Position numbers and translations under genes: made by a program. A model generated the notes under the pieces. That model ran no database searches, was not told the origin of the DNA, and saw only the letters and a list, made by a program, of their open reading frames with translations. Positions 40,866 through 53,320 of a DNA stretch of 64,000 bases are shown here, one piece after another. This stretch comes from Azolla caroliniana (taxonomy: Eukaryota; Plantae; Polypodiophyta): the NCBI GenBank assembly GCA_043228905.1, contig JBHGNT010000021.1, positions 12,152,001 to 12,216,000 on the forward strand, in the 5' to 3' direction. How positions within the stretch are numbered: position 1 is the first letter of the stretch; each line of letters begins with the position of its first letter.

Positions 40866-43800
40866 TGTTGCGTTTGTTACACGCGTGCGTGTAGAAAGAG
40901 AGAGACCACGGTGGTCTTGGACTAGGGAGTAGAGGAGAAAGAATAAGATATGAGAAATGGAAGCTTAACACCGGATGAGAAGATGAAGAGTAGCACATAA
41001 GCATAGACCAAAATAGATGGAAGCAAGATCCACAACAAGATATATTAAAAACAAGCGAATGATTACAACAATGGTGGCCGCCATGGCCGCACCAAACGAC
41101 TATGAGAAAAACCCTTGAAGAAAACCCTAAACGAAACCCTAAAACCGAATAGGAAACCTCGACCTAAGTGGTATGCCTCTCTCCCTCAAAATAGGCAACC
41201 CCTTCATAAGTGACCCCTCCCTTCCTTTTATAGCCAAAGGAGGGAGGGACCTTATAATGTGGTATAAAACTTCCCCTCTTATTTCTATACACCATTTCCT
41301 AGTATACGTGTGCACATGTTGCACACCACCGATTTGCCCATTCCACCCCGGTTTCACACTATAGCCGGAAATCTTCACGACATCCACCCCACCAAACCGC
41401 ACATCCACCGATATGTGCCAAGAAAGGAAAAGGGTGAGATTTTGGCGACGGTGATTAACCGGGTCTTTCGGCTTACTGGCACCCAACCGTCTTGCTGGTC
41501 CCTTGCTAGCGCCGATCCGTCTTGTCGGCTCCTTACCGGCACCTACCCTTCCACCGCGTCCCCGAACCGGTGGCTCCACCCGATCCGCCATATCCGTCAT
41601 TTACCCTCAAACCGTCGGCTCCAACCAATCCACCACGTTCGTCGTGTGTACCCGAAACACCGACTCCATCCGATCCGCCATGTCCGGCGCACACGCCTTC
41701 TTCTTCGACCAGCCATCCCGAACACCGTCGCCGATCCAGTCTCCCTTCCTTCGCTCACCGCGCATGTCCGCCAGTTAGACCCCCGATTACTTCGATCGCT
41801 CGCCGGGTGCCGCTCCTCGCGTATCGTGTGTGTTCCACCTCCGGCTCGACCTTCTCCTCGCCCCGAACACCTCGTACCGACTCCCTTCGTTCTGCGCTCG
41901 GCTTCCGTAGGCTCTTTCCGTGCGTCGTTGTCGTCCATCAAATGGGCGCTCGTTCTTCGGTCCTTACGTGACCCCGTTACGCGCTCCTTGCTTCTCCCTC
42001 GCTCTCCGTGCTCTCTCGCCGTAGAGCATACCGTCATCCCGACCACCATGTCAGTGTCCTTCGCGACTCTGATTACCGCTTCATCCCGACTCTCATCCTC
42101 TTGTCTCGCTTGGCCTCGCATGCCTTCTGGGACACCGCGCTTCCTCTTCCCGGCGCGTAGCCCGTTGCTCTCCACGCACCTCCTCTGGTTCTCAAGACAT
42201 AGCCTTCCATGCTCGCCGATCATCCGCCGATACCAGCACCTCACTGCTCCGTCTCTCGCCGCGTGCATTCCTCGCAAAAGCTCGACCGGTCCCCCGTTGC
42301 CGGTCACTCGTTGCCGCTCTTCCGGGTGCATCCTTACTTCTCGGCCCTTAGCCAGCCGTAGTGCATGCTCCGTTTTACACCGTAGTGCATACTTCGTATT
42401 ACGCGCCTCATCCGCCGTAGACCCGACCTCCGCGTCGGTCTCTTCGTCCTTTGTTTCCATAGCCCCTTCCAACTCTGGCTTGCCGTCTGGGCCATGCTCT
42501 TCTGTCTTCACACACCGGGTACCCATTCCGGTAGCCTCGTCCGTTCCGGTCTCCGACTCCTCGCCGCCACCCGCCGTCTCTTCGGTCTTATGTTGATCTG
42601 CAACCGCCGAAGTCTCAAGAATAGGTGTGGAGGGTTCCTCTTGCTCTCGGTCTTCCGCCAAGCCGTAATCACTGTGCTCAGTTAGCCTCCTTCTCGCGCT
42701 CACCGGCTCCCACCGGGTGTTGTGGCCCGTTCGCCTCGACCTCCAATCATGCCGACTTAGCCTTCACCCGGATCGGTCTCGGCCAATCGAGTTCTGGTTT
42801 GGTCTGCTCCCTTCTGTAATCGTAACCGGCCGATACATGTTTGTCCGCACAAATCCGGCCTTGCCGGCTCTTCTTCGGTTCGGGCCCGGTTGACCGGACC
42901 CCGCTCCAATCTTCTTCTGCCTCGTCTTCCGGTCGTGTCGGATTATCGACCGGTTCATCTTCCGGTCGGGTCGGTTCCCGACTCTCCCCTCCTTGCCGCT
43001 CCCGACCTCTCCGTCGGTCCTCTTGTATATGCCCGTTCCGGGCCTCACATCCTCATCTTCGCACGTGTTCGCTCCGGGCCATGCCTCCTCACGGCCACCG
43101 TCCTTCTCTCCGGTCTTACGTTGGCATTCGAGCGCAACCGCCGTAGTCTCCGGTCTCGGTGTCGGGGGGTCTCTCCTCCGTCCGCTATGACCTTCCTCGT
43201 CGTCGTTTCGATCGTCCGCTTTGCCGCCGCCACCTTCCGTCCCTCCGGTCTCACGTGGGCTCTCGGGGCCGACCGCCGAAGTCTCTAGAATAGGTGTGGG
43301 AAAAGTCTTGGTACCATCACTCGCCGATGTCATGTTTGTAGCCACCTTCGTTCGGACGCCGTGGTCCGTGGCTATCTCGTCCCCGGTTACGCAAGCCTCG
43401 GTTATGCTTGCTACCTCCTCGTCCTCGTACTCGTCTAGGTTGCCCGCCTTGCCGTCGCCACCGCCCGTCGCTCTAGGACTCACGTCGGCACTCGGGCTGA
43501 CCGTTGGAGCTTCTAGGACCGGTGTGGGTAAGGACCCGGCACCACCGCTCGTTGTGTCCGCAGCCGCCTCCGTCTGGTCGTCGTTATCCGCGGCTACCTC
43601 GCCTCCGATTGCGCAAGCCTCGATTATGGTTGCCGCCGTCTCTTCCATGTCGTCGTCTTGGTTGGCCGCCTTGCCCTCGTCACCGCCCGTCGCTCTAGGT
43701 CTCACGGCAGCACTCGGGCCGACCGCCGGAGCCTCTAGGACCGGTGTGTGTAACATCGTGGCACCGCCACTTGTCTCCTCCCCACTCGATGTTTCGGGCC

Positions 43801-45337
43801 GCCATGTCCCGAATCCGTAGTTACCGGCCTCCATGGCCGTCCCTTCACCGCAAGGCAAGAGGGTCGCTTGCTCCGCACCCTCTCCCATGTCGCCGTCGTA
43901 CGCTCTTCCGGCCTCCGTATAGGCCCCCGTCTTCTACGCTTAGGGAGGCTTCTTCCTCTGCTTCCTTCGATCGCCTCCGGCCCAACTCCATAATAAGTCC
44001 TTCTTCGGCTTCGATTTTCCCCTTCACAAGCTCACATGCCTCCCGTATTAGCGCTTCTAGGTCGAGCTCCTCCGAACCGTTTTGCGTTGAGCTCTCTTCC
44101 GGCGGTAGTGCGTACTCACTCGCCACTCTCTCTTCTCCGCCGTTCGCGGGCCATGTTGTGGCCGACCGCCTCGCATCATGTTGCCGGCACACCCATTCCA
44201 CCTCGGACCACTCCTCGGTGAGACCATGTGCTCCATAATCATCTTGAAGCTCGAATAAGATGTCCGTCCTCTCCTCTTGATGGATCGTCTTCAAAAAAAA
44301 GAGGACTTTGTCCGCCCCCACTGATCTCCGATCTCGCTCTGTGAGTTGAGAGAAACGGCGCTCGAACTCTCGGAATGCCTCCATCGCGCTCCGATGACGC
44401 CTCGCCGACGCCATCCACCGATCAAACTCATGTCGACCTCTTCCTTCCAGTTCCGTGTACCCGTACGCCTCCAATAGGGCTCCCTCAAAGGACACCCACG
44501 ACTCATGAGCTTTTAGTAGCTCCTTGACCTCCTTGTGCACCGATACGACCGGCACTCGAGGAAAATACTCTAGCCACATCGCCTCGTCCACGCCCCCTTT
44601 CGCCATCTCGGCCTTGTAGGCTCCCAAAAATTTTAGGACCTCATTCGCTTGAACCGGCCAACTCGATTGACCACCCTTTCGATGGTTTGTTGAGCCGCAT
44701 CTCGCTTCGCCATCTTCCGTCCGGCTTCCATCACGATCTTTGCCATCATCTCCTCGAAGTCGAAGTCTTCTTCCATCTCCATGCTCCCTTGCTGCCCTTC
44801 ACGTCGGGTTCACCAAAGATGTCGCGTTTGTTACGCGCGTGCGTGTAGAAAGGGCGAGACCACGTGGGTCTTGGACTAGGGAGTAGAGGAGAAAGAATAA
44901 GATATGAGAAATGGAAGCTTAACACCGGATGAGAAGATGAAGAGTAGCACATAAGCATAGACCAAAATAGATGGAAGCAAGATCCACAACAAGATATATT
45001 AAAAACAAGCGAATGATTACAACAATGGTGGCCGCCATGGCCGCACCAAATGACTATGAGAAAAACCCTTGAAGAAAACCCTAAACGAAACCCTAAAACC
45101 GAATAGGAAACCCTCGACCTAAGTGGTATGCCTCTCTCCCTCAAAATAGGCAACCCCTTCATAAGTGACCCCTCCCTTCCTTTTATAGCCAAAGGAGGGA
45201 GGGACCTTATAATGTGGTATAAAACTTCCCCTCTTATTTCTATACACCATTTCCTAGTATACGTGTGCACATGTTGCACACCACCGATTTGTCCATTCCA
45301 CCCCGGTTTCACACTATATCCGGAAATCTTCACGACA
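40866..45337 (-). mobile_element. Non-autonomous gag-only Gypsy-type element G4 (LTRs 40866-41382 and 44820-45337)
   Basis: Near-identical 517/518-bp LTRs; flanks ATGG/ACGG; Trp PBS at 44798-44815. gag (GLTEEWSEVEWVC) followed by about 2.5 kb of repetitive charged coding sequence; no pol. Confidence 0.9.
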
Positions 45338-45974
45338 ACGGTTTACCTGATCAACTGGTCCCCCTCAGTATCACTGAAAGGTGATGTCCCACAAAGGATG
45401 TGGATAGGAAAGGATGTCTCCTACCAACACCTCAAGGTGTTTGGATGCTTGGTGTATATGCATGTTGCAAATGATCAGAGGTCGAAGCTCGACAGTAAGT
45501 CGAAACCATGCCTATTTATGGGATAATCATACGACGAGTTTGGCTACAAGCTATGGAACTTAGTCGATAAGAAGGTGGTGAGGAGTCGGGATGTAGTTTT
45601 CTTGGAAGACAAAACATTTGAGGACTGGAATAAACAGAAGTCGGAATCGACTCCCTAGTCACCCTCGACTACCACCTTAAGACTAGTTGAACCGGCACAG
45701 TCCGCTAGATGGAAGAGCTGAATCGGAGTCTGTCGACTCAAAGCAACCAACCTATGAGTTAGAATCGACGAACCTATTGAAGTCGATCGAAGAATACGAA
45801 TCAGAGTGAGTGGACATCTGACAACCAATCGACATGAATGAACTCGAGCTGAGAGAAGAGTTGACAGAGACATCCGAGCAGGAGCCAATGACGAATGGAA
45901 GGAGATATCCTCTTAGAGAGAGAAGAGCACCGACAACATATGCGAGTCAATACATCCTCTTGACTGATGAAGAT

Positions 45975-46305
45975 TGTTGAGTGAGCAAGCTCAACCGGAT
46001 CTGGATCGACTGAATAAGCTAGAGCCGGATCGGTATCCGGAACGGAGAATCGGATCGGTGTCCGGATGATATCCGGAATCAAGAGCCGGATCGGATTGAA
46101 ATCGGTAGGCCGTTAGAGGCCTATGGATCCAGCCTTGTACATAGGCATACTTTTGGGAGTCAGTGACAGTCGCTCGTATGAGCATTGAAGTACCTGTCAG
46201 TATTTCTATCAGTCCTTTATGGACTTGTATAAAAGTGCTCTCTGAGCACATTCTATGCACAGAATATTGAGAGTATTATTTTGAATTGAGTTGTGTTTAT
46301 GTTCT

Positions 46306-46341
<36 letters not shown>

Positions 46342-47598
46342 TGTCTCCTGTGTATGCTTATTCTTTGTGTTAAGCTTCCATTAAACCTTCTTCTCTTTAC
46401 TGTTACTATCCGGCAGAGCCGGTTTGGCATACACTTCCACATGCTAACTTTGACATGGTATCAGAGTGAGAACCTCTGCAGCCGACGAGCGACTAATGAA
46501 GACAAACCCTAACACCCGGTGAAGAACAGTAGAGAACCTAAGATGAATAGAGGTATGGTAAGTTCACTTTCGAGAGAAAAGCTCGACTGGAGCAACTATG
46601 CATCCTGGTCATATAAAATGCACCAGTACCTGGGTCGAGAAATCATCGCGGAATAGATCACAATAAATGAACTACGCGCTGAAATACAAATCACAGAATT
46701 GCCAGAAAAAAACAAGACACACAACAGTGCACAGAGATTTACGTGGAAACCCTAAAACGGGGAAAAACCACAGGTGAACAGATTATTCACTATAGCATAG
46801 TGGATATACAATACAAAGATGATTACAACACTCTGTCGAGTGTATCGGCTGCACAGGGCTCTTCGTGTCTGCTGTTACACACATAGCTATGGCGTGGCCC
46901 TCTCTTCTCTCTCTCACTCTCCTGCACACAATAACGCTTACACAGTTCTGCACACACATAAAGTTTGCCCTAGTTGTATATATACTTACACAACTTTTTG
47001 GCTATTTACATATGTAGCCCTCATGGGGCGCACACTTAGACTATTTACAAGTATAGTCACTCATTAACTCGGCTCCTCTCTCTTTCCCATCTGGAGAGAC
47101 TTGTTTCCACACATCATCATCATTATTATTACTATAATAATAATAGTCGAATCTTCAAACAATCGACTCACTGTTTTCGACTCTTCGACTCTCAGCTTTC
47201 CAAATAGTCAGATCTTCACTGTCATCGACTGTCGACTTTCGAATTAGTCGGTTCTTCCTCCCACTGGAGGGACATATGCGAGCAAGCTCAACTGGATCTG
47301 GATCGGCTGAATAAGCTAGAGCCGGATCGGTATCCGGAACGGAGAACCGGATCGGTGTCCAGATGATATCCGGAACCAGGAGCCGGATTGGATTGAAACC
47401 GGTAGGCCGTTAGAGGCCTATGGATCTAGCCTAGTACATAGGCATACTTTTGGGAGTCAGTGACAGTCGCTCGTATGAGCATTGAAGTACCTGTCAGTAC
47501 TTCTATCAGTCCTTTATGGACTTGTATAAAAGTGCTCTCTGAGCACATCTATGCACAGAATATTGAGAGTATTATTTTGAATTGAGTTGTGTTTATGT

Positions 47599-47651
<53 letters not shown>

Positions 47652-48443
47652 TGTCTCCTGTGTATGCTTATTCTTTGTGTTAAGCTTCCATTAAACCTTC
47701 TTCTCTTTACTGTTACTATTCGGCAGAACTAGTTTGGCATACACTTCCACACGCTAACTTTGACATGGTATCAGAGCGCAAGGGTTGAGAACCTCTGCAG
47801 CCGACGAGCGACTAATGAAGACAAACCCTAACACTCGGTGAAGAACAATAGAGAACCTAAGATGAACATAGGTATGGCAAGTTCACTTTCGATAGAATAG
47901 CTCGACTGGAGCAACTATGCATCTTGGTTATATTTTAATGCACCAATACCTGTTGGGGCATGGATATTGGAGCTATGTGGAAGGAACCAACGAGGTAGCA
48001 CCGAAGCCGGCACACAAAGACTTCCCGGCATGGGAGTAAGGAGCGAGCTGAGTATTGTACTGCCTTGCATCCGGTGTGCACGATCAGATGCTCGGTTACA
48101 TCAAGGATGGAAAGACGCCGAAGGAAGCCTGGGAAAATCTACGGAAGATTTTCGCCGTGAGTACCATAGCCCGGAAGTTGCAGTTCCGGCAAGAGCTGGA
48201 CAACATCAGACAAAGACATATTATGTCAGTTATGAACTACACCACTAAGATAAAGGAGATTTGTGATGCGCTCGGGTCCATCAATGTGATGGTGGACAAA
48301 AACGAGATGGTCCAGATCTGTCTTGGTGGTCTAACACAACGGTACAGGCCAATCCGGACGACAATTTGCACCCGGGAGACGCCACCATCCTTCTTCGACT
48401 TACAATCCATCTCGATGGTCGAGGAAAACCATGCGAGTGGGTT
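45975..48443 (+). mobile_element. Copia element D 5' end, present twice (LTR 45975-46455 + PBS + gag start; LTR 47278-47765 + PBS + gag)
   Basis: Both LTR copies are followed by TGGTATCAGAG and gag KLDWSNYASW. Same LTR family as A1. gag is cut at about 48443. Confidence 0.82.
46633..47277 (-). mobile_element. Inverted Tork-like Copia LTR fragment between the two D copies
   Basis: TTTACGTGGAAACCCTAAAACGGGGAAAAACCAC matches A2 LTR 2524-2555. The end CCTCCCACTGGAGGGACATAT resembles the reverse complement of the start of LTR C. Confidence 0.65.
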
Positions 48444-48824
48444 GAGGACCAGTCAAAACACGTTCGCATTCACTAGTGAAAGGATCGTGCATAAATGGAA
48501 GGATATGGAATATTTTGATTGATTTTAGTACTTTTTCAATGATTTTACAAAACACATTGATACCAGTATCATACATGTTCATATATACTATGAAAAAGGT
48601 TAAAAATCCACTATTTTTGTGATTTAGAAATAAATAAAAAAAGAGGAATTTCAAAAAGTTACATTCTCAATTTATATCACAAACTTTACAACCAATGTTA
48701 TTTTATAAGGACACATTTTTTAGAAATCATAAGAATTCAAAACACATGCTTTTATATTACTCGATTTGTTACAAGCGGAATGTAGTTACACTTCATAGCC
48801 AAAAATACATTCATGATCACTCCT

Positions 48825-51800
48825 TTATGGAGAATCACTACTATAACTAATATACAATGACGATTCCTCCTCGTCATCCTCGTATGTACCAATCAATGCA
48901 TTATCTTCGTCATAAACCAAATGGTTTGACTCTAGATTATATGTAGCAGATCTCGTTTGCCTTCGACTCGAGCCACCTTGTAGACCTGATAATTTTTCTT
49001 TTATTATATCTATTGTTGACTTCCTTAATCGTTCGGCTTTTGTAAGAGTGAAGTTGTACACAATGATATCCACATCAAAGATATCAAGGGTCGAGGTGTT
49101 ACGAATGCTTCGCTTCCTCTTCCTACCTCCCCTTGTCGTTGGGCATTCAATCATCTCCAATGTATACTTACCTGTAAAAGCATTTGCACTTCTAGTGTTG
49201 TACCAATGAACGTTTATAGACTTGATCGTGTTTTCTATTTCATGCATTAGCATTTCTAGAATTTTACCAACCCAAAATTGGTGGCCATGTGAGTTTTCAT
49301 CAGCCGGCGTTGCAATCAACATCCCCGCCGCGAGCTCTTGCAAATTGCCTTGCCATCTAGCTTCGGCTGCTTTGGTCATCCTTGGTCCCACATAAATGTC
49401 TCTTTGTTGTGGATGAACCAAACTATCATTAATCGCATTTGTTAGTTTCTCTGGAGTTTTATTTACACGATCATGTTGTAGCGACCATGTGAATGGTGTT
49501 CTCTATTTCATGCATTAACACTTTTAGAATTTTACCAACCCAAAATTGGTGGCCATGTGAGTTCTCATCAGCCAGCGTTGCAATCAACATCCCCGCCGCG
49601 AGCTCTTGCAAATTGCCTTGCCATCTAGCTTTGGCTGCTTTGGTCATCCTTGGTCCCACATAAATGCCTCTTTGTTGTGGATGGACCAAACTGTCATTAA
49701 TCGCATTTGTTGGTTGCTTTGGAGTTTTATTTACACGATCATGTTGTAGTGACCATGTGAATGGCGTTTCCAAATTCCAATTATCACCAAATACACAATT
49801 GTCTATAATTCCTTTCTGATCACTAAAAATTACATCCCACCATGACGTGTCTTGTTGTGCGGCATATTTCTTGGCGGCCTCAATATGCTTGTTTTTTTTT
49901 TTCTAAGGCTTGGAGCCATAACAATGTTTTTTCCGATACCAAGTCACTATGCAATTGTCCTTTCTTCTCAATTGGCATTTGTTTAGCTCCATGGAAAATT
50001 GTCCTTGGCATACTAGAAACCACCTTCAGGTTCCCATGTTGTAGAAGATGAATATTGTTTAGCATACAAAAGTGTAGAACCACTTATTTCATTTTTCTTT
50101 ATCATAAAAATGTGATTGAAGCTTATATTGTTTAACTGGGCGAGCACTCTAACATTCCTAACACCCCCATCTGATATATAGCTCTTAAAGTCATATACCT
50201 CCTTCAAGTGTAACACTTTTGGGCGTGGTGGATATGCATCACAAATGACATCAAATAGTTTTGGTAATGTGAAAGCATCATGCCAAGACAACTGTCTAGA
50301 GAATGTGCTAAACATCTGATCTATATGATCATGTGTGGCCAACCAAAAGAAAATTTACTTTCACTTTTCTAAACAATCCTTGGTTGACCAACATACTTAG
50401 ATAGCCAAACACAGTTGAATTGTTGTTCTCTCTAGCAATATTGTCCAATTGAATGTATAGAACAGGGGGGAACGGTGGGCCCCAAGACATCAAAACTCGG
50501 TGAATCACTGTAATTGTTAGGTGAGGGTCATTGTGAACATTGGGGTATGTAATGAAGACGTGAGGTCCAACTGACCTATTATAAGCCAAGCATCCCACCA
50601 AGTGCATTTGAACAAGGCACTCATCATTGACACCTTTGGGGAGCCTCCGCATATGCGGCAAGGACGTCTTCTTCTGGTCCATGCCATCTATCATTAAGCA
50701 CATGTATTGTTCGGGCCTCTTCAAACACTTCTCTCTATGATGCATCACCTTCTTTCGTTCTAACGATTGTGCCTCACGATGCTCTTGTAGTAACTTCTTA
50801 CTCATATCCTTTTCCATTGCTGTCTTTGCGCCTTTAGCCAAACTTTTAAGATTTGCACAAATGGAGCAATACCCCATGCATACTTTACGTGGAATGATAA
50901 CATTTGAAAATTGAGCTCTCCATAATCTTGTGAATTGGCTATATGTGATAGATTTATTACGTGAGCCCACCAAATTAGATCGATAGACATCATAAACTTC
51001 CCGACGTGTGTAATTATCAGAGAGGTGCATCCTACATGTAGTGGGCATTACATCACAATTTAATTGAAAGTAACTTTTCATCCAACCAATAGCATGTCTT
51101 CCAATTGCACCTTTCATACTTGGAACCTATTTACAATTAAGCATCTGATCCCTGCTAAGTAGACGCTGTTGTACTCTATGTAGCCGCATGTTACTAACAC
51201 ATAACGCAATTTTGAATGCAACTCTACATATTTGTTGCGCATGGAAGATATAATACTCGAATGATACTTTGATCCCCGTACATTTGTCAGACACTAATTG
51301 CATATGTGACCTGAGGTAAATGTCTTGCTCATCACCAGTCATCGAAAAATAGTATCGCCTTAATTCTCGCAACTTTGATTTTCCAATCATAGACATACAA
51401 CCACGGGCACAACATATTTTGTTGACATCAAATCCAATCTACTTATTTGATGTCACCAAGTTAAATCTGGCCAGATGAATTCTACGTGGGATTCTTCTAA
51501 TATGCATAGGGCTTCCAGATTTCTCTTCCTGCATAGAAGTTGGTTTATCCTTGTTACAATCCAATTCTTTGTTGTGACCATCACCCATGATATTCGATGT
51601 TTCATTGGCACTACCTTCATTCTCCGTATCTTTATTAATATCATATTCTTCAATAGAGAACTCTTCACATGTGTCATTATTCACATGTGGTGTAGGTGAA
51701 GATGAGCTTAGACAATACTCTTCGATAGAAATGGGTGAGTCTATCGACAGACAATATTCTTCGATAGAAAATGGTGAGTCTGTTGATAGACAATACTCTT

Positions 51801-51867
51801 CGGTAGAAAACGAAGAGTCTGATGACAAACAATATTCGTCAATCGAGAACGGTGAGTCTTCACTCAT
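48825..51867 (-). pseudogene. DDD transposase, Sola/DUF7869-like, disrupted
   Basis: Consecutive ORFs are linked by in-frame stops at 51439 and 51127 and a 2-bp slip at about 50330. Motifs: CCARGC, ICRVAFKIALCVSNMRL, CSICANL, LMIDGMDQKK, YIQLDNIARENNN, FLLVGHT-HDHIDQMFS. Confidence 0.78.
49228..49763 (-). repeat. 268-bp tandem duplication in the transposase 3' region
   Basis: VHPQQRxIYVGPRMTKAA...FWVGKIL is encoded twice; CTATTTCATG occurs at 49235 and 49503. Confidence 0.88.
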
Positions 51868-52249
51868 GGCTTAAGGTCCACATAAAGCTCTTTAAGTTAT
51901 GTCCTTGGGCTAATATAAAAAATTGATAAGCTCCTCCCCTCTCTAAACATAAACTCCACTCTAAACATAAACTCTATAAACATAAACTCCTCTATAACAG
52001 AAGCTCCCTCAATATAATGTCTATATTATTTAATATTATATTAATACAATAAATAAAGATATTATTCTTAATATAATAGTTTTATTCAACATATTAATAA
52101 TTACTTAAACTAGTCAGTATAAAGTTGAATCAATTATATTTTATACCTTATTAATCCTATAATATATAATTTAAATTAAATTTACTTTAGCCATGAAGTA
52201 TAATATAATTACAATCATTACCAAGCCATATATATGTTGGTTTAAAGTT

Positions 52250-52712
52250 AAAATCATTGGTTAATTAATGGCACCCATATTTAATATAGAACTCTCAAGC
52301 ATTGGTTCATTCATGCCCACCATTTTAAATATAAGCCTTTTCAATCATTGGTTCATTGATGGCCACATCTTTAATACAAAGCATTTGAGAGTCATAAAAA
52401 TGTTTCTTTGAGTATTCAATCATTGGTTCATTCATGAACCTCTATTATTGTTTCCTTCATGACCTTCAAAGTCATTGTATGTTAGTTTGACTATAAAATA
52501 ATCACTAATATCTTAGTTTGAGTATTTAATAATTGATGCATTCATAAGCATCATTGAATTGAAATCCATTAGAGAGTGATTGGTACATTCAAGATTATGT
52601 ACTAAATAAAGTAACTCTTTCTTAGGTCTAACTATCTAACCTTAAGCTTGCCAACCTTGGTTAAAGTGACTGTGGTTACTTTAGCCACTATGGTTAATCC
52701 CTATAAATAGGA
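52250..52712. promoter_or_regulatory. Putative divergent promoter between the transposase and the ParB-like gene
   Basis: AT-rich. CATTGGTT (CCAAT on minus) at about 52255, 52280, 52345 and 52420. CTATAAATAG at 52701, 141 nt upstream of ATG 52843. Confidence 0.45.
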
Positions 52713-52927
52713 AGACCTCCTCATATCTCAATCACACGAAGCACACGCGCAAAAAAAGCACAAGAGCACACACAGCAGACAAAGCACACAGAGCACGCAA
52801 CACCTAATCGTCATCTCCCCCGAAGCATCGACAACGTAAATCATGTCTTCGAAGAAAATCGAGCGCCAAGAATCCAGGTAAGCACCTGGCAGTCAGGACA
52901 TTTTTGTAAATATGTTTTAGCACTTGG

Positions 52928-53320
52928 GAACTGATATGATGTATCGAGTTCCTGTTTAAAGTTTGTCTTTTATACAGGAACTCGATACGGCGTATCAAGT
53001 TCTTGTTTAAAGTTTGTCTTTTATACAAGAACTCGATACACCGTATTGAGTTCCTATATAAAGTTTGTGTTTTATACAAGAACCCGATATGGCGTATCGA
53101 GTTCCTGTTTAAAGTTTGTGTTTTATACAAGAACTCGATACGGCGTATCGAGTTCCTATATGAAACAAAAACTTTAAACAGTAACTCGTTACGGTGTATC
53201 GGTTTTATATAGGAACTCGATACGGCGTATCGAGTTCTTGTATAAAAGACAAACTTTAAACAGGAACTCGATACGCTGTATCGAGTTCCTGTATAAAACA
53301 CAAACTTTATAGAGGAATAT
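52928..53320. repeat. 51-bp-period palindromic repeat array whose orientation flips midway
   Basis: GTATCGAGTTC-like half-sites start at 52941, 52992, 53043, 53094, 53145, 53196, 53227 and 53278; most are preceded by GAACTCGATAC-NNN. Confidence 0.92.

Larger units (their letters stand above)
34204..45974 (+). mobile_element. Degenerate Tnt1/Tork-like Copia element C (5' LTR split as 34204-34712 + 38881-39003; gag-PR-INT), interrupted by G3, G4 and D; 3' half not seen
   Basis: LTR starts TGTTAGG; PBS TGGTATCAGAGC at 39007. gag MENLIIVKDMY..., PR WVIDSSAS, INT ELVHTDV, HLKVFGCLVYMH. Confidence 0.85.

Noticed and set aside
52928-53320. CRISPR array
   Set aside because: The linkers are near-identical copies rather than unique spacers, there are no cas genes, and the context is a eukaryotic intron.
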